17,498 nt of DNA, taken from Gemmatimonadaceae bacterium. Lineage in GTDB: Bacteria > Gemmatimonadota > Gemmatimonadetes > Gemmatimonadales > Gemmatimonadaceae. Under the pieces are notes generated by a model. The model was not told the origin of the DNA, did not search any database, and worked only from the letters and a program-made list of their open reading frames with translations. Below, in pieces: positions 8,545 through 14,496 of the stretch (within the stretch, counting starts at the first letter, position 1; each line of letters begins with the position of its first letter). The stretch lies in assembly GCA_040902005.1 (NCBI GenBank), contig JBBDYA010000129.1:1-17498 (forward strand), written 5' to 3'. Made by a program: the position numbers and the translations under genes.

Positions 8545-10158
8545 TCAGAGCCCGGCGAGCAGCGCGTCGTTGCTCTGGGTGGCCGCGATCCGCTTGATCA
8601 ACCACTCCATCGCCGACTGCGGCGGCATCTGCGCGAGCCCGCGGCGCAGCGTGTAGACCGCATCCAGCTGTTCCGGCTTGAACAGTTTCTCCTCGCGCCG
8701 GGTGCCGCTGGTGGCGATGTCGATTGCCGGGTAGATGCGCTTGTCGGCCAGCGAACGGTCGAGCTTGATCTCACTGTTGCCCGTCCCCTTGAACTCCTCG
8801 AAGATCACATCGTCCATTCGGGAGCCGGTTTCCACCAGCGCGGTGGAAATGATCGTGAGCGAACCCCCGCCCAGACTGTCCGGAATCGACCGCGCGCCGC
8901 CGAAGAATGCCTTCGGCTTGGCCATTGCGGTGGCATCCAGTCCGCCCGACAGCGTGCGCCCCGTGCCCCGCTCGGCGGTGTTGTGTGCGCGCGCCATGCG
9001 GGTGAGCGAGTCCAGGACGATGATGACGTCCTTGTTCATCTCCACGAGGCGGCGGGCATGCTCCATGACCATCTCCACCACTTCCACGTGGCGCTGTGCC
9101 GGCTGGTCGAAGCTGGACGCGATGACTTCACCCACCCCCCATGAGATCGCTTCGCTCACTTCCTCCGGGCGCTCATCCACGAGCAGGATGAGCAACACCG
9201 CCTGCGGGTGATTGATGACGATGCCCTCGGTGATCGCGTGCAGCAGCGTGGTCTTGCCGGCGCGCGCCGGCGCGACGATCAGGGCGCGCTGCCCGTAGCC
9301 GATGGGAGCGATGAGGTCGATCGCGCGTCGCGTGAGCTCGTGACCGCCCTTCGCCGGCTTGCCGGTTTCCAGATAGAGCTTTCGTTCAGGATATGTGGCG
9401 GTCAGCGTTCCGAAGTCGGGCCGCTGGAGCGCCACGCTCGGCTCCACGCCGTTGATCGTCTGGATTTCCATCACGGCCACGCGTCCCCGCGGATCGCGCC
9501 CGGTGAGTGCGTGCACCAGGTCGGCCTTTCTCACGCCGGACTGCCGGATCACCTGCGGCGACACCCACGCATCGCCCGGTTCGGCGAGATAGCTGTTGGC
9601 GGCGCGGCGGATGTATCCGCCATCGCGCGACGGATCGAACCAGCCCAGCGTGTCGCCAACCGGCGTCAGTACTGCGGGTGCGCTCGATGCGGCCGACTCT
9701 CCACCGCCGCCACCAGTGCCCTCCCTCCCCCCGGGCGCGCCGCCCGGTGCGCCGGGTCCGCCGCCCCCACGCCGCCCGCGCCCACGATGTCGCCGATGCC
9801 GGCGCCCATTGCGGTCGGGGCGCTCGCCGCGATCACCACGATCACCCCGGTCGCGCCTGGGATTGCCGCCTTCGCGAGCCGCTGGCTGGTCGGGCGACGC
9901 GGAACCGGCGCCCGAGCTCTCGCTCGATTCGGCGTGGTCGCCGTTGCCGCCGCCCGCGTCAACCTCATCCCGCGCAGCAGTTGGTTCCCCGCCGCCCGTG
10001 CCCCGGTCGCCGGGTGCGCGGGGTTCGACGGGCGCCGCTGAGCTGTCGTGCTCGCGGTATGGGTTGTCTTCTGAAGTGTCGTGAGTGTCCATGGTCGGGC
10101 GATGCGGCCGGCGACCGCGGCCACTCTGGCCGCGACGCGGGGGTCGGCGTTCAGTCAT
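8545..10158 (-). CDS. rho: Transcription termination factor Rho with ~165-aa low-complexity N-terminal extension
   Basis: IDLIAPIGYGQRALIVAPARAGKT (Walker A), LVDERPEEV, LDSLTRMARAHN, GRTLSGG, ETGSRMDDVIFEEFKGTGNSE and SGTRREEKL are characteristic Rho motifs. Confidence 0.97.
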   Translation of the reverse strand: MTERRPPRRGQSGRGRRPHRPTMDTHDTSEDNPYREHDSSAAPVEPRAPGDRGTGGGEPTAARDEVDAGGGNGDHAESSESSGAGSASPDQPAAREGGNPRRDRGDRGDRGERPDRNGRRHRRHRGRGRRGGGGPGAPGGAPGGREGTGGGGGESAASSAPAVLTPVGDTLGWFDPSRDGGYIRRAANSYLAEPGDAWVSPQVIRQSGVRKADLVHALTGRDPRGRVAVMEIQTINGVEPSVALQRPDFGTLTATYPERKLYLETGKPAKGGHELTRRAIDLIAPIGYGQRALIVAPARAGKTTLLHAITEGIVINHPQAVLLILLVDERPEEVSEAISWGVGEVIASSFDQPAQRHVEVVEMVMEHARRLVEMNKDVIIVLDSLTRMARAHNTAERGTGRTLSGGLDATAMAKPKAFFGGARSIPDSLGGGSLTIISTALVETGSRMDDVIFEEFKGTGNSEIKLDRSLADKRIYPAIDIATSGTRREEKLFKPEQLDAVYTLRRGLAQMPPQSAMEWLIKRIAATQSNDALLAGL

Positions 10159-10180
10159 GCTACTGCCGTTATTTGTGAAT

Positions 10181-10235
10181 AAAAAAAACTACGCGCGGCG
10201 GACCGCGGTCCGCGCTCAGCGCGGTCCAGCGCTGA
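10181..10235 (-). promoter_or_regulatory. Attenuator/terminator-like structure in the rho leader
   Basis: On the minus strand, overlapping GC-rich hairpins are followed by T8 (A8 at 10181-10188), ending 22 nt before the rho ATG. Confidence 0.45.
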
Positions 10236-10439
10236 TGGAGTGGTGCTACGCTATGCTTGCGTGATGTGACGCGTCCGCAGCGCGGATAACACACGCACCT
10301 CGGGCGCGGCTGCCCTGTCAGGCGATTCTACTTCGCGGAGGCCAAGCCCCAGTTCCACTCGTCAGCGAGGGGTGGGGAGGTGTCCGCGTGTTCGGCCGGA
10401 AGGACGATAGACTACGGCATCGTGCCGGCGGACCGTACG

Positions 10440-10468
10440 AGTATCGCAACCCCGGCCTGTCCGCGCAA
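10440..10468 (-). promoter_or_regulatory. Candidate sigma70 promoter for rho (TTGCGC-N17-GATACT with extended TG)
   Basis: -35 at 10468-10463, 17-nt spacer, TGc immediately before -10 GATACT at 10445-10440. It is overlapped by a 14-bp direct repeat. Confidence 0.35.
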
Positions 10469-10565
10469 CCCCGGCCTTGCACAGGGTGGTGGGCTCCTCG
10501 CCCCACTACCCTTGCCCAGGATCAATGCCAGTCCTGTGCCGGCTGAACCATTGGACCATGGGCCA

Positions 10566-10746
10566 GGAAGCTCTGAATAAGGGCGGCGGGAAGCGCGGTG
10601 TGTCCCTCGGCGCGCGCGTAGTATCAATACTGAGACGATGGCTGCGGTGTTTCGTCGCGGTAATCGTGCAACAGTCGTCTCAGTATTGATACTGGCGCGC
10701 GCCGAGGGACACACCGCGCTTCCCGCCGCCCTTATGCAGAGCTTCC
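10566..10746. mobile_element. 181-bp palindromic MITE-like element with IS5-like termini
   Basis: 73/72-bp inverted arms (10566-10638 and 10675-10746) differ at only two sites (A/C and GT/C) around a 36-nt loop. The terminus GGAAGCTCTGAATAAG shares its first 12 nt with the element at 11374. Confidence 0.75.
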
Positions 10747-10791
10747 CTGGGGCCATGGGCCGGCCATTGCCCGACAGCCGTACTTTTCATC

Positions 10792-11373
10792 ATGCCCAGC
10801 ATCGTCGATCAGCTGCAGGCCGCACTCACGCGCTATGACGCCGAGGACAACCTGGGGCGCCTGCTGGACAGCGTGCGGGAACTCGCGCGATCGTCGGACA
10901 CGGACCTTCTCGTCGCCGCGGCCGAGCCCTTTCGCGATCGTCCGGAGATCATCATTCCCGTGTACGAGCACGTGGTGGCGGAGCGTCCGAATGATGCGAA
11001 GGCGATTGTGGCGCTCGCGAATGCCTATTGGCTCACGGGACGCGGTCCGGACGTTGTTGGTGAGCTGGCATCGCGCGCGAAGCAGGCGGATCCGGAGAAC
11101 CGGGCGGGCTGGCACCTCTGGGCGCTTGCCGAATCGAGCGTGCGCGCGCGGATGGAACGCTGGGGGGAGGTGAGCGCCCGCTTTCCCCAGGATCAGTTGG
11201 CGCGGGCAGCGCTGGCGGACAGCGCGGCGAGTGTTGCCAGCACCGAGCATGATCCGCTGGCGCTCGACCTCGCGATCAGAACCTACGAGGGGCTGCTGGG
11301 CGAAGCCGCGTCACCAGCGCACCAGCGCGCGTTGGAAACGACGCTCCAGACACTGCGCGGGTGGAAACTCTAG
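10792..11373 (+). CDS. Hypothetical alpha-helical (TPR-like) protein, 193 aa
   Basis: Typical GC3 codon usage and TPR-like helices (PNDAKAIVALANAYWLTGR, DPENRAGWHLWALA, FPQDQLARAALA). Confidence 0.75.
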   Translation: MPSIVDQLQAALTRYDAEDNLGRLLDSVRELARSSDTDLLVAAAEPFRDRPEIIIPVYEHVVAERPNDAKAIVALANAYWLTGRGPDVVGELASRAKQADPENRAGWHLWALAESSVRARMERWGEVSARFPQDQLARAALADSAASVASTEHDPLALDLAIRTYEGLLGEAASPAHQRALETTLQTLRGWKL

Positions 11374-11492
11374 GGAAGCTCTGAAGAATGTCATTCCGAG
11401 GCGCGCAGCGACGAGGAATCTGCCATTAAACCTCAAAAACCGCAGATCCCTCGCTGCGCTCGGGATGACAGTCCACTTTCTTCAGAGCTTCC
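11374..11492. mobile_element. 119-bp MITE-like element: 15-bp TIRs, CTAG flanks, internal REP-like palindrome
   Basis: Perfect TIR GGAAGCTCTGAAGAA (11374-11388) / TTCTTCAGAGCTTCC (11478-11492), with CTAG on both sides (11370-11373, 11493-11496). Internal palindrome GTCATTCCGAG...GAGGAATCTGC / GCAGATCCCTC...CTCGGGATGAC spans 11390-11469. Confidence 0.8.
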
Positions 11493-11888
11493 CTAGGCCG
11501 AATCCTCTTGCGCCATTGGCTGAACGCCGCGCACCCAGTCGATGAGTTCCTTGAGGTCGAACGGCTTTCTGAGCAGGGGGCAGCGGCAGGCCTCGATCAG
11601 TTCCTGCGCGCGCTCCGTGATGTCTCCAGTCGTGAACAGCGTACGGCGCCGCAGGTGTGGCTTCATCGCGGCGGCCAGCTCGAAGAACATATCGCCACGC
11701 ATGTCCGTCATGCGGAGATCCACGACCATCGCGTCCACGTGCTCGTTCCGGACGACCTCCATCGCGGCCTCACCGGACAGCGCCGTGGTGACGCGAAAAC
11801 CGGCACGGGTGAGGGCAATCGACAGCGCCTTGCAGATGGCTGGCTCGTCGTCCACGAGCAACACGTGAGTTGTCTGCTGTCCGGCCAT
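11493..11888 (-). CDS. Single-domain response regulator (CheY/Spo0F-like receiver), 131 aa
   Basis: VLLVDDE acidic pocket, VVDLRM phospho-Asp, FTTG and KPF. Start reassigned to the ATG at 11888, which is preceded by GGAGTGGGAAC; the longer ORF start at 11963 overlaps the AraC gene. Confidence 0.9.
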   Translation of the reverse strand: MAGQQTTHVLLVDDEPAICKALSIALTRAGFRVTTALSGEAAMEVVRNEHVDAMVVDLRMTDMRGDMFFELAAAMKPHLRRRTLFTTGDITERAQELIEACRCPLLRKPFDLKELIDWVRGVQPMAQEDSA

Positions 11889-11907
11889 GTTCCCACTCCG
11901 GTTGTGG

Positions 11908-12717
11908 TCAGGAGCGGCTTCGCCCCCGACTCTGTTTGTGCCGCGACTGATCTCGAATACCATTGGCCAACGTCTCCACGAACTGCTGAGGCTCTATGTA
12001 GGTGCGCACCGTTCTCGGTGTATGCCCCGTGAGGGTGCGCATGTGCTGCGTGAGTTGATACTGCGAGTGGTAGCCCACCTGGGCCGCCACTTCCTTGATC
12101 TGCCGGTGCGGGTCCCGGAGCAGTGCGTACGCCCTGAGAAGCCGAGCCGAGGCGACGAGCAACCGCGGCGAATAGATCCCCGCGGCCTCCAGTTGCCGGT
12201 ACATCGTTCTGAGGAGCGCCCCGGCGGCCGCCGAGAGATCCTGCGCGCTCTTGAACCGCGCCGGCGAGCGAAACAGTTGCTCGATCGCCCGGACAACGGT
12301 CGGCGGTAGCCTGGCCAGTTCGGGTGCCAGCAAGCGAAGCAGCTGATCGCTCATGGTCTGGCCCGGCACCCGCTCCAGCATCTCTCGAAAGCGTCGCCGC
12401 TCGTCGTCGAACCGGTTGAGCACCACGTGCTCGATACCGCTTCGCCCCAGCTGGAGAATGGCCTGCATCGACGATGCGGAGAGCGACGTGTAGATGACAA
12501 TCGGCAGCGAAGGAAACTGCCGGTGGATCTCCAGGACGATGTCTACCCGCGGGGGGCCGTCAGTGACGGGATCCGCGACGAGAACATCGACCGTGCGATG
12601 CAGGACCGTGGCTCGCAGCTCTTCCCACCCTCCGGCGGGGAGAAGCGTATGCTGCGCGCCCAGAACGATTTTGAGATGCGTAAGGAGCTGAGGAGGTAAG
12701 TAGGCCGCGACGTCCAC
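11908..12717 (-). CDS. AraC/XylS-family regulator with atypical receiver-like N-terminal domain, 269 aa
   Basis: C-terminal double HTH (SAQDLSAAAGALLRTMYRQL...ARLLRAYALL...IKEVAAQVGYHSQYQLTQHMRTLTGHTP). N-terminal VDVLVADP and LPIVIYTS resemble receiver strands 3 and 4. GTG start with an in-frame stop just upstream. Confidence 0.88.
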   Translation of the reverse strand: MDVAAYLPPQLLTHLKIVLGAQHTLLPAGGWEELRATVLHRTVDVLVADPVTDGPPRVDIVLEIHRQFPSLPIVIYTSLSASSMQAILQLGRSGIEHVVLNRFDDERRRFREMLERVPGQTMSDQLLRLLAPELARLPPTVVRAIEQLFRSPARFKSAQDLSAAAGALLRTMYRQLEAAGIYSPRLLVASARLLRAYALLRDPHRQIKEVAAQVGYHSQYQLTQHMRTLTGHTPRTVRTYIEPQQFVETLANGIRDQSRHKQSRGRSRS

Positions 12718-12733
12718 GTAGTGCCGGATCGGA

Positions 12734-12798
12734 TGTCATAAAACCGCACATTGGTGTCATAAAATGCGAGTTTACGGTCCGTTAGGCGACCCCAGATT
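12734..12798 (+). promoter_or_regulatory. Tandem TGTCATAAAA boxes plus candidate promoter for the small lipoprotein gene
   Basis: TGTCATAAAA at 12734-12743 and 12755-12764 (21-bp period), then N6, TTTACG (12771-12776), N16, CAGATT (12793-12798). Confidence 0.65.
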
Positions 12799-12851
12799 TC
12801 TTCGTGTAGTTCCCGTCAAGAAAACACACGATTACTTCTGGAGAGTCGCAC

Positions 12852-13007
12852 ATGTCCCGCCGCCTGGCTTATGCCGTCCTGATCGTCACCTCCGTTGCCA
12901 TTTCCGCGTGTTCATCCGTGACTGCACCGAACCGTGACGACACCACTGGTACATGCCGTGGCGGATTCATCATCGGTACCGGCAAGGCCTGCACTGGTGA
13001 AGGCTGA
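12852..13007 (+). CDS. Unannotated 51-aa micro-lipoprotein / candidate signalling-peptide precursor
   Basis: GGAG RBS at 12840-12843 and ATG at 12852. Translation: MSRRLAYAVLIVTSVAISA-CSSVTAPNRDDTTGTCRGGFIIGTGKACTGEG*. It has a basic n-region, hydrophobic h-region, lipobox ISA-C20 and two further Cys (C35, C47). It is shorter than any ORF in the supplied track. Confidence 0.8.
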   Translation: MSRRLAYAVLIVTSVAISACSSVTAPNRDDTTGTCRGGFIIGTGKACTGEG

Positions 13008-13041
13008 TTTTCGATAGAGCGAAAGCACACTGCGAGCGGCG

Positions 13042-14274
13042 TCACGACACACCCGCCGACTCGCGCATACCCTGAAGGGCTCCCGCCACCTCTTCGAGTT
13101 CCAGCGAGACTTTCGCTGAGACCTGTTGGGGTGGCGTTGGTGCATCGAGAGTGCTTAGGGCGCCCTCGGCTTCGAAGAGGTACTGGTTGTAGCCGTGCGC
13201 CCCGGCAATTTGAAGTGCCCCTTCGAAATGCGCACGCGCCCTCGCGCGATTCCCAAATCGCTGATAGCCGAATCCGGTTGCGAGCGCGAAGGCGGTAGCC
13301 ATGTAAGGCGGCAAGTCCCGGCTGGACAGTTGGCGCCGATACAATTCGAATAGCGGCTCAGCTCCTGTCCTCGACGCGATTTCTAGCAGGTTGAGCGTCG
13401 CGCCCCAACGGGTGTACTGCTCCTGTGCCGTCGCCGATAGCACCAGATAGGCATCGCGTGCCGCGGTATAGACACCGAGCTCGAGGAAGGAAACCGCGAT
13501 GTCGCCGAGAATACGATCACGATCGGCCGCAAGCCCCGAATGCTCCAACGCTTCGTACGCGAATCGGATGGCGAGTTCGTACTGTCCGCGGGAATGTGGA
13601 AGGTTGGCGCGCTCGTGCATCGCGCGTCCGCGAACGTCCCGCAAGCTCGTGCCCGTGGCGCGCGAAATGGTCTCATCGAGAATCTGCTCGGCCTCCGGCA
13701 GGTTGCCTCGCAGCATGGCAATGTTGCCTTCGCCCATCCTGGCACGAAGCACGCCGACCATGTCGTCAACGGCCGAGGCGATCTTGCCAGCTGATGCATA
13801 GGCGCCGACTGCATCATCCAGGCGTCCGAGCGTCCGATAGCACTGTCCCAGCCGGAGATGCGCCGCGATGCTGGCATCGCTGTCTTCGGTCGGATGCAGA
13901 TGGGCCAACACAGTCTGGTAGACGTCCGTGGCCAGCAGCCATCGCGCGTCATACTCGAGCGTACGCGCGTACGCCATTAACGGCGTAACGACGACATGAA
14001 TGTCCGGCCGCTGCTGTAGCAGCGAGGCTGCGACACTCGTGAGCAGTGCCCGCACGGGAGACCCGTCCTCGATGTCCTCGATAGCGCTCAGCACGCTCCG
14101 AAGGCTCCAGCTATCGTCGGCGGTGATCGCGGGGCCGTCGTCCAGCCAGGAATCGACAAGACGCAACGTGACCAGCCCCGCCATCGCGGCGCGCCAAGTC
14201 GCCTCGCCCTCGTCCTTTGTGGCGAGCTCCTCGAAAAACGGCAGATGCCGCAGCTTTTGCTCCGAGTCGAACAC
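13042..14274 (-). CDS. Cytoplasmic TPR-repeat protein with N-terminal helical domain, ~410 aa
   Basis: TPR-like repeats include AHLRLGQCYRTLGRLDDAVGAYASA, ARMGEGNIAMLRGNLPEAEQILDE, RGQYELAIRFAYEALE, ILGDIAVSFLELGVYTAARDAY and TGFGYQRFGNRARARAHFEGALQIA. Start reassigned to the GTG at 14274 (GGAGG-N5-GTG). No signal peptide, TM segment or HTH is evident. Confidence 0.85.
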   Translation of the reverse strand: MFDSEQKLRHLPFFEELATKDEGEATWRAAMAGLVTLRLVDSWLDDGPAITADDSWSLRSVLSAIEDIEDGSPVRALLTSVAASLLQQRPDIHVVVTPLMAYARTLEYDARWLLATDVYQTVLAHLHPTEDSDASIAAHLRLGQCYRTLGRLDDAVGAYASAGKIASAVDDMVGVLRARMGEGNIAMLRGNLPEAEQILDETISRATGTSLRDVRGRAMHERANLPHSRGQYELAIRFAYEALEHSGLAADRDRILGDIAVSFLELGVYTAARDAYLVLSATAQEQYTRWGATLNLLEIASRTGAEPLFELYRRQLSSRDLPPYMATAFALATGFGYQRFGNRARARAHFEGALQIAGAHGYNQYLFEAEGALSTLDAPTPPQQVSAKVSLELEEVAGALQGMRESAGVS

Positions 14275-14326
14275 TCGTGCCTCCCAGGGACGCAACGAAC
14301 CCCATGTCCGCTTATGCGTCACCGTA

Positions 14327-14392
14327 AACATCCGGGCGCCGAGCCCAGCGACAAGTGGCGATTTATGACATTTGATATGGCCTTTTAGGACA
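14327..14392 (-). promoter_or_regulatory. Tandem TGTC(C/A)TAAA(A/T) boxes plus candidate promoter for the TPR gene
   Basis: Minus strand: TGTCCTAAAA (14392-14383) and TGTCATAAAT (14370-14361), 22-bp period, then N6, TTGTCG (14354-14349), N16, GATGTT (14332-14327). Confidence 0.6.
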
Positions 14393-14496
14393 TCATGGCC
14401 GCGGACGTGTGACGTGCCGCACAACCCGCGCGGCGATCGAGGTCACGCGAGTCCAGCTCCCACAGAGATCCTCCAGAGATCTTCGCCATCCGTTCG

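Noticed and set aside
10390..10415. SRP RNA (ffs), suggested by CCGGAAGGA
   Set aside because: The flanking CAGG and AGCAG of the conserved SRP domain IV loop are absent.
10368..10511. 6S RNA
   Set aside because: A long imperfect hairpin is possible, but I cannot see a convincing central bubble or the usual gene context. It is kept only as an unassigned low-interest finding.
10412..10838. Short ORFs across the palindromic element (10412..10756 -, 10477..10689 +, 10638..10838 +)
   Set aside because: They are explained by the inverted repeat and have no protein-like features.
12852..13007. RiPP precursor (lanthipeptide, thiopeptide or ranthipeptide)
   Set aside because: It is Cys/Thr/Ser-rich, but its leader is a lipoprotein signal and no modifying enzyme or dedicated transporter lies in the window.
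12912..13145. 77-aa minus-strand ORF
   Set aside because: It overlaps the TPR gene end and is antisense to the better-supported micro-lipoprotein.
14275..14424. First 50 codons of the 460-aa ORF
   Set aside because: They span the operator/promoter boxes, and a strong RBS precedes the GTG at 14274.
14463..14481. CAGAGATC direct repeat downstream of the deacetylase
   Set aside because: Only 8 bp in two copies with no other support, which is compatible with chance.
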